This document shows, in pieces, positions 17,894 through 27,672 of a stretch of 64,000 nt of DNA. The translations under genes were made by a program, and so were the position numbers. Under the pieces are notes generated by a model that was not told where the DNA came from, made no database searches, and was given only the letters and a program-made list of their open reading frames with translations. Each line of letters starts with the position of its first letter. Within the stretch, counting starts at the first letter, position 1. The stretch is from Flexilinea sp. (GTDB lineage: Bacteria; Chloroflexota; Anaerolineae; Anaerolineales; Anaerolineaceae), in assembly GCA_041859835.1 (NCBI GenBank), contig JBFLFU010000003.1; one strand, written 5' to 3'.

Positions 17894-18694
17894 GTGATAA
17901 AAATCCAGAATTTGTATAAGGTTTTTAAAACAGAAAGTGGACACTTCAAAGCGTTGGAAGATGTTTCACTTCATGTCGAGGCAGAAGATATTTACGGAAT
18001 CATCGGGATGAGTGGTGCGGGAAAAAGCACATTGGTTCGCTGCATCAACCTGCTGGAAGAACCGACCTACGGGGAGATCGTGATCGAAGGACAGTGCATT
18101 TTTCGGAAAATGAGAAAAAAGGCGGAAGAGGCTGAAGATCCTCAAGAGAATGTCCGCCTGACCGGATCGGATTTATTAGCATTGAGACGGGAAATTGGGA
18201 TGATATTTCAGACGCCAAATTTGTTAATGCAGCGGAACGTGGAGCGCAACATTGCGTTTCCATTGGAAGTTGCCGGCGTGCCGAAAGAAAAAATTCAGAC
18301 GCGGGTCGCTGAGCTGATGGATCTGGTCAGCATCAGCGAAAAAGCCCACAACTATCCCTCCCAGTTATCCGGCGGACAGCGGCAGCGCGTCTCCATTGCG
18401 CGGGCACTGGCGAACACCCCGAAAATTCTGCTCTGTGATGAACCGACCTCGGCTTTGGATTCGTTGACGACGAATCAGATTCTGGATTTGTTATGGGATA
18501 TCAATCAGAAATTGCGCGTCACCATTATTATGATTACGCATGAGATTGAGATCGTGAAAAAGATCTGCAACAAAGTGGCGGTGATCGATCAGACCCGGAT
18601 CGTTGAGCAGGGCGAAATCGGACAGGTTTTGCTGAATCCGGGCAAGGAAATTACCCGGCAGCTGCTGCGGGGAACGCGGGGGAATTATGCCTGA
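17894..18694 (+). CDS. metN: Methionine ABC transporter ATP-binding protein, lacking the C-terminal NIL domain
   Basis: GIIGMSGAGKSTLVRCINLLE, YPSQLSGGQRQRV, LCDEPTSALD; GTG start with GGAG RBS. Confidence 0.88.
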   Translation: MIKIQNLYKVFKTESGHFKALEDVSLHVEAEDIYGIIGMSGAGKSTLVRCINLLEEPTYGEIVIEGQCIFRKMRKKAEEAEDPQENVRLTGSDLLALRREIGMIFQTPNLLMQRNVERNIAFPLEVAGVPKEKIQTRVAELMDLVSISEKAHNYPSQLSGGQRQRVSIARALANTPKILLCDEPTSALDSLTTNQILDLLWDINQKLRVTIIMITHEIEIVKKICNKVAVIDQTRIVEQGEIGQVLLNPGKEITRQLLRGTRGNYA

Positions 18695-19388
18695 GTCATT
18701 ATCGTTTCTTCAAGCGATCGCCGACCTGCTGAGCGAATTCAAAGACTTGCTGGTGTTGGGAACCTGGCAAACGCTGTATGTAACATTTTTGGCGACATCT
18801 ATTGCCTACGTTCTGGGTACGCCGTTAGGAATTTTGGTGGTTGTGACCGCTCCCGGCTCAATCGCTCCTAATCGACCTGTACATGAAGTATTAGGCGGAA
18901 TCATCAATATCGGGCGTTCAATTCCTTTTATTATTCTGTTGGTTGCCCTGATCCCGTTTACAAGGTTGGTTGTTGGAACATCGATCGGACCCAACGCGAC
19001 GATTGTTCCGTTGACGATCGCTGCGACCCCGTTTGTGGCTCGCATGATCGAACAATCGCTGATCGAAGTGGAGAATGGACTGATTGAAATGGCACAATCC
19101 ATGGGCGCTACTTCCCGGCAAATCATTTTTAAAGTCCTGTTGCCGGAAAGTCTGCCTTCAATCATTCGTGGAATTTCGATCACGATTATCAGCCTGGTTG
19201 GGTATTATGCGATGGCTGGTGCAGTCGGCGGCGGCGGTTTGGGGGACCTGGCGATCCGCTATGGTTACTACCGTTATAAGTCCGACGTCATGTTTGTCAC
19301 CATTGTTTTGTTGGTCATCATCGTGGAAGTTATTCAACTTCTCGGGAATGGCGCCGCAAAGCGAATGGATAAGCGGAATATCCGCTGA
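18687..19388 (+). CDS. metI: Methionine ABC permease
   Basis: INIGRSIPFIILLVALIPFTR, AGAVGGGGLGDLAIRYGYYR. Confidence 0.93.
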   Translation: MPESLSFLQAIADLLSEFKDLLVLGTWQTLYVTFLATSIAYVLGTPLGILVVVTAPGSIAPNRPVHEVLGGIINIGRSIPFIILLVALIPFTRLVVGTSIGPNATIVPLTIAATPFVARMIEQSLIEVENGLIEMAQSMGATSRQIIFKVLLPESLPSIIRGISITIISLVGYYAMAGAVGGGGLGDLAIRYGYYRYKSDVMFVTIVLLVIIVEVIQLLGNGAAKRMDKRNIR

Positions 19389-19489
19389 TTGGATTGTTTG
19401 TTTTCTCTGTTGACGCTTCAGAGTTATCAGGAGACAGGACCGGTACTGTCCCTGAACAAAATGAAATTTTACAAATAATGAGGAATATC

Positions 19490-20347
19490 ATGAAAAAAAC
19501 TGCTGTTATTACCTTTGTCTTATTGCTCTCTGCAATCGTTCTGTCCGGTTTTGCTCCTTCTGCACAAACCGAAACCACCGTCGAATTTTCGAAGGAAAAT
19601 CCGATCACATTGAAAATTGGTGTGTCCCCGGTTCCGCATGCTGAAATTGTTGCGGTTGTGAAAGACGCGCTGGCTGAACAGGGCATCAACTTGGAAATCA
19701 TCGAATTTACCGATTATGTTCTGCCGAACACCGCTTTGGAAGATGGCAGCCTGGACGCCAACTTCTTCCAGCATCAGCCCTATCTGGATGACTTCAATAA
19801 GACTCGTCTGGCCGAGAACTCTAACTGGACTGAACTGGTTCCGTTGGTCTTCATCCACTTTGAACCGCTTGCGGTCTATGGCGGCAAAACTGCCAGCCTG
19901 GACGAATTGCCTGACGGTGCGAAAATCGCTGTGCCGAACGACACCACGAATGAAGCCCGTGCGCTCCTTCTGCTGGAAGCCAACGGTCTGATCAAACTCG
20001 CCGAGGGCAAAGGTCTTGAAGCGACTGCGAAAGATATTGTTGAAAATCCGAAGAACCTTGAAATCGTCGAACTCGAAGCCGCTCAGGTCGCCCGCGCGCT
20101 GGCCGACGTCGATTTTGCTGTGATCAATGGCAACTATGCTCTGGAAGCCGGTCTGACTGCTGACGACATTTTGGCGCAGGAAGCTCCGGATTCCGAAGCT
20201 GCCGTGAAATATGCCAACCTGGTTGCCGTCCGCAAAGGCGATGAAGAACTTCCCCAGTTTGTCGCGTTGGCTGACGCGCTGAAAACCGATGAAGTCAAAA
20301 CTTTCATTGAAGAAACCTATCAGGGTTCTGTCGTTCCTGTTTTCTAA
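19490..20347 (+). CDS. metQ: MetQ/NlpA family methionine-binding protein
   Basis: GVSPVPHAEI, EFTDYVLPN, DANFFQHQPYL, AVPNDTTNEARALLLL, AVINGNYA. Confidence 0.92.
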   Translation: MKKTAVITFVLLLSAIVLSGFAPSAQTETTVEFSKENPITLKIGVSPVPHAEIVAVVKDALAEQGINLEIIEFTDYVLPNTALEDGSLDANFFQHQPYLDDFNKTRLAENSNWTELVPLVFIHFEPLAVYGGKTASLDELPDGAKIAVPNDTTNEARALLLLEANGLIKLAEGKGLEATAKDIVENPKNLEIVELEAAQVARALADVDFAVINGNYALEAGLTADDILAQEAPDSEAAVKYANLVAVRKGDEELPQFVALADALKTDEVKTFIEETYQGSVVPVF

Positions 20348-20416
20348 GCAGCGGACACGATGAGAACAGGGCGTTGCTCCTTATGAGGGTGGCGCTTTGA
20401 AAAAAATGTCTTACAG

Positions 20417-20494
20417 CAGGCGGTGTGCAGAATTTGCGCGCCGCCTGATTTTTTAATCGCGTGTCAAGACAATACTTTTGACACGTGATTAAAA
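20417..20494. terminator. Two adjacent hairpins terminating convergent metQ and methyltransferase genes
   Basis: CAGGCGGTGTGCA-GAATT-TGCGCGCCGCCTG plus T-run; TTTTAATCGCGTGTCAA / TTGACACGTGATTAAAA. Confidence 0.7.
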
Positions 20495-20513
20495 TCTATC
20501 ACGGTCATTGGTT

Positions 20514-21332
20514 TTATGCTGCTTTTTTGCCGATCAGCAAGCCATGGTTACTGATGCCCAGAATTGACGGTTCTTCGCAGGTACGGATATGAAAATCGGC
20601 CCAGCGCTTGAAGTCATCGACGCGCATGGCGTTGATTTCTTCGGCCAGCAGCCTGCCGACGCCGTCCTGCGAGATGTGATGGAGGATCGTGAGATGCCGT
20701 TCCCGGGCGATCCGCTCAATCTCACCGGGCGTGGTGAACCAGGTGTCGGTCCAGAAGCAATCTTCGTCCGTTGAGCGCATGACGCCTTCTTCGATGATCT
20801 TTCGGAACCATTTCTCCTGCAGAAACTGTTTGTTTTGAGAGGCCAGATGGGCGAAAACAAAATGCTTATTCATATAGGCCAGGTAGAGCAGGCCTCCGGG
20901 TTTCAAGACGCGGCAGCATTCGGCCATCACCTTTTCCCGGTCTTCGGCCTCGGTCAGATGGTAGATCGGTCCCATGCAGAAGACATGGTCGAAGGTGTTG
21001 TCTGCAAAGGCGGAAAGATCCCGTGCGTCGTTCACGCCGGAGGTTATTTTGACGCCGTCAGCCAGCGCTTTCTGGTTGAGGATTTCGATATAGGATGGCG
21101 TGATATCCAATGCGGTGACGTTTAGTCCGCGAGCGGCGAAATGCAGCGCATAGGCGCCGGTCCCCGCCGCGACATCAAGGATACTTTCGCCTGTTTTCAG
21201 GTATTTGTTCATATAGACCAGCGCTGTCATGAATTCGAGCCGGCGGACGTTGTCCGCTGACAACCGCAGGTCTTCATCATAATTTTCGTAAGATTGAACC
21301 ACCGGGTTCATCTCAGCAATTGTTTTTTCCAT
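20514..21332 (-). CDS. Class I SAM-dependent methyltransferase
   Basis: ILDVAAGTGAY, VTALD, FDHVFCMGPIYHL, VLKPGG; GGGAG RBS before ATG at 21332. Confidence 0.88.
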   Translation of the reverse strand: MEKTIAEMNPVVQSYENYDEDLRLSADNVRRLEFMTALVYMNKYLKTGESILDVAAGTGAYALHFAARGLNVTALDITPSYIEILNQKALADGVKITSGVNDARDLSAFADNTFDHVFCMGPIYHLTEAEDREKVMAECCRVLKPGGLLYLAYMNKHFVFAHLASQNKQFLQEKWFRKIIEEGVMRSTDEDCFWTDTWFTTPGEIERIARERHLTILHHISQDGVGRLLAEEINAMRVDDFKRWADFHIRTCEEPSILGISNHGLLIGKKAA

Positions 21333-21477
21333 TTTTACTCCCGTATTTGTACCCGGTCGGTAGAGCACCGCCGAACCGGATGTTCTGTATTTATTATACA
21401 ATTGATTCGGCTGCCAAAAGCAGAATTTGGAGACGGCGCTCGCATTTGGAGAATAAAACCCTTTTACATGACCGCTG

Positions 21478-21512
21478 TGTAGGGACAGCGCATCCCCGTC
21501 AGGGCACATCGC
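21478..21512. repeat. REP-like element, degenerate copy 3
   Basis: TGTAGGGACAGCGCATCCCCGTCAGGGCACATCGC shares TGTAGGG and ATCCCCGTCAGGG with copy 1. Confidence 0.55.
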
Positions 21513-21616
21513 TTAATGCTTTTGATACCCATATCTCACACCACGTGCGATATAGATATGGGTGTCCTCTTACACTGGAGGCGAAGTCCGGCTGGTTGTG
21601 ATTTATAATCTACTGC

Positions 21617-23272
21617 ATGAAACGGAACCTTCTGGCATTTCTCACACGGTATGGCGTGATTCTCTTTTTTGTGCTGTATGCGCTGATCGGACTGATCAGC
21701 TTTGCTGATTACGGCTGCGGACCGGACGAGGGCATGGAACGGCAGACCTCGCTGGTCAATTTCAAATATGTCATTGAGAAACTCTCGTTGCCGGTCCCGG
21801 AGGCGACGACGCGCTGGCTGGCTTATCTGCCGGACCTGACGGAATACCGCGACCGTTACTACGGTACCGCGCTCCATTTCCCGTTGGTGCTGATTGAGGC
21901 TTTCGCCAACTTCCAGTTTGAACCGGCAGTGTTTTATGGAATGCGCCATTTATTTACTTTCCTGAATTTTTACCTTGGTGTGATCTGCTTTTATCTGTTG
22001 TTGAAAAAACGTTTGGGTAACCGTGGCTGGGCGTTGCTCGGTGCGGCCATGTTGGTGCTCTCGCCGCGTTTTTTTGCGGAGAGTTTTTACAATAACAAGG
22101 ACGTGCTTTTTCTTTCCTGGTATTTGATCAGCTGCTGGCTGCTGGTGCGTTGGTTTGAGAATAAGACCTGGAAGAATGCAGCATTGGCCGGCGTCGCGCT
22201 GGCGTTGACCTGCAACACGCGCCTGAACGGGATCATTTTCTTTCCATTGGCGGCCGGATTTTTCCTGATCGATTTTCTGCGCGGCCGCAGCCGGTCAAAA
22301 CGGGATTTTCTTTCCCTGGCGGTTCTTCTCCTGACGGCAGTGGCGGTTTTTTATCTGATAACGCCGAATTTCTGGGAAGCTCCGCTGCGGACGGCGCTGG
22401 AGACCTTTGCCTTCAATCGTGCTCATCCAAACCATGGCTCGGACGGCAATCTTTTCCTGGGGAGACTGGTGGATTCGACGCAGATGTGGTATTTTGTCCC
22501 ACTATGGATCCTGCTGACCACGCCTGTTCTTTACCTGGTTCTGAGCGGGATCGGATTGACCGCGTCGGCGATGCGCGGGCTGCATTCGTTGCGTTCGCTG
22601 CGGGGACGGATTTTGATGAATACCGGGCGACTGGATAATGCCGGTTTGATGGATCTGTTTCTGTTCTGCGTCGGTTTTTTGCCGCCTTTGATTATTATCG
22701 GGATGCGTGTAACCATCTATAATGGCTGGCGGCATTGCTATTTCGCTTATGGTACGATCCTCTATTTTGCCGTTCTGGGCGGCGACGCTATCTTCCGGCT
22801 TAAGATCCCCAACCGTTTCTGGCGTTCCGTCCGTACGGTCGGGCTTGCCGGTGCGATTGGACTGAGTTTCGCCGTGACGCTGGCTTGGATGATCGCCAAT
22901 CACCCCTATCAATATGTCTATTTTAATGCCTTCGTGCGCGAATATGCGGGGCATTTTTCCGGGGATTATTGGGGGATTGCTTCACGTGATTTATTGCGGT
23001 TTGTCGTGGAGACGGATGAACGGCCGTTGATTGTGATCGATCATTCTTATACGCAGACCGGCAGTATCAATCGCGGGTTGCTGGACGCGGTTGATCGAGA
23101 CCGCATTGATCTGGTTTATGATCCGGATGCGGCTGATTATATTCTGTATGGCAGGGATGATAAGCCGGGCGGTGCGGTGGAATTCGCGGGGTTTGAGCCG
23201 GTTTTCTCAATCCGGGTGGACGCGGACGAGATCGGCATCGTGTTCCGGCGCTTGGATCAGCGCCCGCAATGA
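21617..23272 (+). CDS. GT-C fold membrane glycosyltransferase (ArnT/PMT-like)
   Basis: About 12 TM segments; acidic pair in loop 1 (CGPDE); SPRFFAESFYNNKDV; IYNGWRH; GDYWG. Confidence 0.7.
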   Translation: MKRNLLAFLTRYGVILFFVLYALIGLISFADYGCGPDEGMERQTSLVNFKYVIEKLSLPVPEATTRWLAYLPDLTEYRDRYYGTALHFPLVLIEAFANFQFEPAVFYGMRHLFTFLNFYLGVICFYLLLKKRLGNRGWALLGAAMLVLSPRFFAESFYNNKDVLFLSWYLISCWLLVRWFENKTWKNAALAGVALALTCNTRLNGIIFFPLAAGFFLIDFLRGRSRSKRDFLSLAVLLLTAVAVFYLITPNFWEAPLRTALETFAFNRAHPNHGSDGNLFLGRLVDSTQMWYFVPLWILLTTPVLYLVLSGIGLTASAMRGLHSLRSLRGRILMNTGRLDNAGLMDLFLFCVGFLPPLIIIGMRVTIYNGWRHCYFAYGTILYFAVLGGDAIFRLKIPNRFWRSVRTVGLAGAIGLSFAVTLAWMIANHPYQYVYFNAFVREYAGHFSGDYWGIASRDLLRFVVETDERPLIVIDHSYTQTGSINRGLLDAVDRDRIDLVYDPDAADYILYGRDDKPGGAVEFAGFEPVFSIRVDADEIGIVFRRLDQRPQ

Positions 23273-23341
23273 ATGAATGGGCATCATTGAAGATCGGTGA
23301 CCTCATATTGCCGATCAACAACACAAAGTAATGGTAAAATA

Positions 23342-23370
23342 TTGTTTATCTAATTTTTACATGCTATAAT
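23342..23370 (+). promoter_or_regulatory. Promoter with extended -10
   Basis: TTGTTT-17-TATAAT with TG extension (TGCTATAAT at 23362-70). Confidence 0.6.
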
Positions 23371-23454
23371 CCGTTCCTATCACCTGCCGTTCACTCAGAT
23401 AATGGTGCAAAACCGGAAAGAGATCTTCCGGATAAAGTAGTAGTAGGAGGAAAT

Positions 23455-24645
23455 ATGAAAAAGTTTATTTCGTTATTTGTGTTATTGGCTGTATTGACAG
23501 TCATGCTGACAAGTGTTGCCTTCGCGGCCGATGAAGATTACCATATCGGTATTGTGACCGGTTCCGTCTCCCAATCTGAGGATGACAGACGCGGCGCGGA
23601 AGCATTTCAGGCCAAGTTCGGTGAAGACAGGGTCACACTGGGAATCTATCCCGACAACTTCACAGAAGAACTGGAAACCACCATTCAAACGATCGTGAAC
23701 CTTTCTGATGATCCTCTGATGAAAGCCATCATCGTCAATCAGGCAGTTCCCGGCACAACAGAAGCTTTCCGCAAAATCAAGGAAAGACGGCCTGACATTC
23801 TCCTCCTGGCAGGGGAAGCTCATGAAGATCTCCCCGAGATCAGCAGCGCGGCGGATCTGGTTGCGAACAACGACTTCGTTGCCCGCGGTTATTTGATCAT
23901 CCGCACAGCCCATGAATTGGGTGTTGACACCTTCGTTCACATCTCCTTCCCGCGGCATATGTCTTATGAGACAATGAGCCGCCGTGTCGCGATCATGCGG
24001 GCAGCCTGCGAAGAGTTTGGTATGGAATTCGTCCTTGAAACCGCACCGGACCCGACCTCTGACGTTGGTATTCCCGGCGCCCAGGCTTACATTCTTGAAA
24101 AAGTCCCCGAATGGGTTGAGAAGTATGGCACGAACGCTGCTTACTTCTGTACCAATGACGCGCACACCGAACCACTGCTCAAGCAGCTTCTTGCGTACGG
24201 CGGATACTTCATTGAGGCTGATCTCCCCTCCCCGCTCATGGGCTATCCCGGCGCGTTAGGTCTTGATCTGACCGCGGAAGCCGGCGATTTTGAGAAGATC
24301 CTCGCCAAAGTAGAAGCCGCTGTCGTTGAAAAGGGCGGTGCGGGCAGATTCGGTACCTGGGCATTTTCCTACGGCTACACCGTTTCCGCAGGTCTTGCAC
24401 AGCATGCCGCGAATGTTATCAATGGCGAGAGCGAACTTGCCGATATTGATGATCTCGCGAAAGCTTATGGCGAATTCTCCCCTGGCGCTGAATGGAATGG
24501 TTCCAGCTATACCAATGCTGAGACCGGCGTCAAATCCGACAATACTTTCCTGGTCTATCAGGATACCTACATCATGGGCGATCCCGGTTTCTACATGGGT
24601 TCCACTCAGATCGAAGTTCCTGAGAAGTATTTCACCGTCAAATAA
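23455..24645 (+). CDS. DUF3798 family ABC substrate-binding protein
   Basis: HIGIVTGSVSQSEDDRRGAE, FVHISFPRHMSY, CTNDAHTEPL, PSPLMGYPGALG; signal peptide ending AFA. Confidence 0.8.
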   Translation: MKKFISLFVLLAVLTVMLTSVAFAADEDYHIGIVTGSVSQSEDDRRGAEAFQAKFGEDRVTLGIYPDNFTEELETTIQTIVNLSDDPLMKAIIVNQAVPGTTEAFRKIKERRPDILLLAGEAHEDLPEISSAADLVANNDFVARGYLIIRTAHELGVDTFVHISFPRHMSYETMSRRVAIMRAACEEFGMEFVLETAPDPTSDVGIPGAQAYILEKVPEWVEKYGTNAAYFCTNDAHTEPLLKQLLAYGGYFIEADLPSPLMGYPGALGLDLTAEAGDFEKILAKVEAAVVEKGGAGRFGTWAFSYGYTVSAGLAQHAANVINGESELADIDDLAKAYGEFSPGAEWNGSSYTNAETGVKSDNTFLVYQDTYIMGDPGFYMGSTQIEVPEKYFTVK

Positions 24646-24675
24646 TTGAGCAATAGGCGGTTCTGTACGAAATTA

Positions 24676-24705
24676 GGGGGAGGGCACAATCCTCCCCCGT
24701 TTATT
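24676..24705 (+). terminator. Hairpin after the DUF3798 gene
   Basis: GGGGGAGG-GCACAAT-CCTCCCCC then GTTTATT. Confidence 0.6.
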
Positions 24706-24855
24706 GTTGATGTGGGTGTCAAGAGCAGGATCTCGATATGGTGTCCGATTTTGATGAGGAAATTTTTCTTATACAAGTGCTTTGCAGGAGTGGTGCGCGA
24801 ACATCCACATTATGTGGAAAATTGAATTCGCCATTCTGAACATTGCCACGCAGGA

Positions 24856-24932
24856 TTGCGCCATCGCGAAGCGCGAAGGCGCAACGGACGATCGACCCCG
24901 CCAGGGCGCTTCGCGGTGATCGCCCCTACAAA
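24856..24932. repeat. REP-like element copy 2 with adjacent GC hairpin
   Basis: TTGCGCC-A-TCGCG-AAG-CGCGA-A-GGCGCAA followed by GATCGACCCCGCCAGGGCGCTTCGCGGTGATCGCCCCTACAA. Confidence 0.7.
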
Positions 24933-24996
24933 ACATATCGTTAATGAATAACATTGACTTTTGATACTCCAATCATGTATCTATTGGGGTGCAGCT

Positions 24997-26583
24997 ATGA
25001 TAAATGACAAATCTCCCTTGTTGGAGATGCGAAATATCAAAAAGGACTTCTTTGGAAATCAGGTCTTGACCGATATTAACCTCACGCTGAAAAAAGGTGA
25101 GGTTCTTGGTCTTGTTGGCGAAAATGGAGCCGGCAAAAGCACCCTGATGAAAATCCTTTTTGGGATGGGTGTTATCAATGAAACCGGAGGATATGAAGGC
25201 GATGTTCTTATCAATGGTGCAAAGATCAAATTTGCCACACCTTTTGATGCGCTTGCGGCTGGCATTGGTATGGTCCATCAGGAATTTTCTCTGATTCCCG
25301 GGTTTACAGTTACCGAAAATATCCTGCTGAACCGGGAACCAATAAAGAAAAACATCGTTTCCGAGATTTTTGGCGAGCGGTTAAATACACTTGATATCAA
25401 AGAGATGACCGGGCGATCTGAAAAGGCTATTGAAAAAATGGGTGTCAGAATCGATGCGAATATGGTCATCAGCGATATGCCGGTCGGACATAAGCAGTTC
25501 ACGGAGATTGCGAGAGAACTCAGTAAGGATCAACTGGAACTGCTGATCCTGGATGAACCGACAGCGGTCCTGACAGAAAAAGAAGCGGAGGCGCTGCTGG
25601 ACTCTATCCGCGGTATGGCAGCAAGAGGAATTGCTGTAATTTTTATTACGCATCGATTGCAGGAGATTCTGACAATATGCGACAGGGTTGTGGTCATGCG
25701 GGACGGGTTTCTGGTCAAAGACATCCCCGCAAAAGAAACCGATGTCCCCGAAATCACGAAATGGATGGTGGGCCGAAGCGTCGATACTGCCGCAGCAGAG
25801 GTAAAGGCTGATTCTGACGCCAGGGTGATCATGTCCATCCGCAAGCTTTGGGTCGACATGCCCGGCGAGACGGTTCGCAACGTAAACCTTGATATCAGAG
25901 AAGGTGAAATCCTTGGGATTGGAGGGCTTGCCGGACAGGGGAAACTCGGGATCCCCAATGGCATTATGGGGCTGTATCCCGCAGGCGGAACCGTGACGTT
26001 TGATGACCAGGCATTCACGCTGAATAACCCAAGAAAGTCTCTGGACGCGTCAATCGCTTTTGTGTCAGAGGATCGAAGAGGGGTTGGTTTGTTACTTGAT
26101 GAGACGCTGGAGTGGAACATTGCTTTTCCTGCCATGCAGATACAGAACAAATTCCTCAAAACTTATTTAGGCGGTTTGGTTACGTGGAGGGACGAAAAAG
26201 CGATCCACGAAGTGACCCAAAAATATATTGACGAGTTGATGATCAAATGTACCAGCTCGCAGCAACAGACGAAAGAGCTCTCCGGTGGCAATCAGCAAAA
26301 GATTTGTCTTGCCAAGGCCTTTGCTCTGGAACCCAAGTTTCTTTTTGTGTCTGAACCAACGCGCGGGATTGATGTTGGCGCTAAATCCCTTGTTCTGGAT
26401 GCGCTTAAAAACCTGAATAGAGAAAAAGGGATCACAGTTGTCATGGTTTCCTCAGAACTTGAGGAACTCAGGCAGATTTGCGACAGGATTGCGATTGTTT
26501 CCGGGGGAAAAATCGCCGGGATTCTGCCAGCCTATGATTCCTCGGAAGATTTTGGCATGTTGATGGTCAGTCAGGTAAAGTAA
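24997..26583 (+). CDS. Sugar-type ABC ATP-binding protein (two NBDs)
   Basis: GENGAGKS, LDEPTAVL, LSGGNQQK, SEPTRGIDVG. Confidence 0.92.
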   Translation: MINDKSPLLEMRNIKKDFFGNQVLTDINLTLKKGEVLGLVGENGAGKSTLMKILFGMGVINETGGYEGDVLINGAKIKFATPFDALAAGIGMVHQEFSLIPGFTVTENILLNREPIKKNIVSEIFGERLNTLDIKEMTGRSEKAIEKMGVRIDANMVISDMPVGHKQFTEIARELSKDQLELLILDEPTAVLTEKEAEALLDSIRGMAARGIAVIFITHRLQEILTICDRVVVMRDGFLVKDIPAKETDVPEITKWMVGRSVDTAAAEVKADSDARVIMSIRKLWVDMPGETVRNVNLDIREGEILGIGGLAGQGKLGIPNGIMGLYPAGGTVTFDDQAFTLNNPRKSLDASIAFVSEDRRGVGLLLDETLEWNIAFPAMQIQNKFLKTYLGGLVTWRDEKAIHEVTQKYIDELMIKCTSSQQQTKELSGGNQQKICLAKAFALEPKFLFVSEPTRGIDVGAKSLVLDALKNLNREKGITVVMVSSELEELRQICDRIAIVSGGKIAGILPAYDSSEDFGMLMVSQVK

Positions 26584-26592
26584 GGGGACAGC

Positions 26593-27672
26593 ATGAATAA
26601 AATAGGTACTGACACGGTGGAACCTGCAGAAAAAAATAAAATCAATGAAATTATTCGCAGTTTTGGATTGCCAAGGCTGATTATTGCCGGATTTCTGCTG
26701 TTGCTCTTCATTCTGGCGCCGTTGGTCGGAGCAAATTTTTGGATGCAGCTGACCAATACGATTAATCGATTCAGTTGGAACGCGATCCTTGTCCTGGCCA
26801 TGGTACCGATGATCCATTCCGGTTGTGGCTTGAACTTCGGTCTTCCGCTCGGCATTATTTCCGGACTTCTTGGTGCTACGATTTCTATTGAGCTGGGTTT
26901 TACCGGCGCAATGAGTTTTGTTATGGCAATCGTCATAGCGACGCCATTTGCAGTATTATTCGGCACAGGGTACGGATGGCTGCTCAATAAAATCAAGGGC
27001 GGTGAAATGATGATTGCCACATACGTTGGGTTTTCCTCCGTCTCCTTTATGTGTATGATGTGGCTTCTGTTGCCCTATCACAGCCCGACTATGGTGTGGG
27101 GCCTGTCCGGCAAGGGCCTTCGTACCACGATCTCATTGGAAGGTTTTTATGATAAAGTCCTTGCCAATTTCCTGCAGATCAATATTGGGAAGTTGTCGAT
27201 CCCCACGGGGTCGCTTCTGTTCTTTGCTGTGCTGGCGCTGCTGATGTGGGCGTTTTTCCACACCAGGACCGGCACTGCGATGACGGCAGTCGGTTCAAAC
27301 CCCTCTTTTGCCAGGGCGGCCGGCGTCGATAATGATAAGATGCGGATGCTTTCGGTTATGATGTCAACCTGGCTGGCGGCGGTCGGCATTTTGGTTTATC
27401 AACAGGGATTCGGGTTCGTTCAGTTGTATATGGCTCCGTTCTATATGGCACTTCCCGCGGTATCGGCGATCTTAATTGGGGGCGCTTCGGTCAATAAGGC
27501 GTCCATTACCAACGTCGTTCTCGGTACTTTTCTTTTCCAGGGTATTGTGACCATGACCCCGACAGTGATGAATTCCCTGATTCATATGGACATGAGCGAG
27601 GTAATCCGGATCATCGTTTCGAACGGTATGATTCTTTACGCTTTGACCAGAAAGACAGAGAGAGCAAGATGA
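26593..27672 (+). CDS. ABC permease of the DUF3798 system
   Basis: MIHSGCGLNFG, AILIGGAS; multi-TM. Confidence 0.85.
   Translation: MNKIGTDTVEPAEKNKINEIIRSFGLPRLIIAGFLLLLFILAPLVGANFWMQLTNTINRFSWNAILVLAMVPMIHSGCGLNFGLPLGIISGLLGATISIELGFTGAMSFVMAIVIATPFAVLFGTGYGWLLNKIKGGEMMIATYVGFSSVSFMCMMWLLLPYHSPTMVWGLSGKGLRTTISLEGFYDKVLANFLQINIGKLSIPTGSLLFFAVLALLMWAFFHTRTGTAMTAVGSNPSFARAAGVDNDKMRMLSVMMSTWLAAVGILVYQQGFGFVQLYMAPFYMALPAVSAILIGGASVNKASITNVVLGTFLFQGIVTMTPTVMNSLIHMDMSEVIRIIVSNGMILYALTRKTERAR

Noticed and set aside
23371-23454. Riboswitch in the DUF3798 leader (GCAAAACC, CCGGAA/TTCCGG hairpin)
   Set aside because: Only a superficial resemblance to c-di-GMP-I; no second stem or expression platform
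26340-26390. Walker B Asp-to-Ser change (FVSEPT) in the DUF3798 ATPase
   Set aside because: It is in the C-terminal NBD, whose Walker site is normally degenerate in two-NBD sugar ATPases
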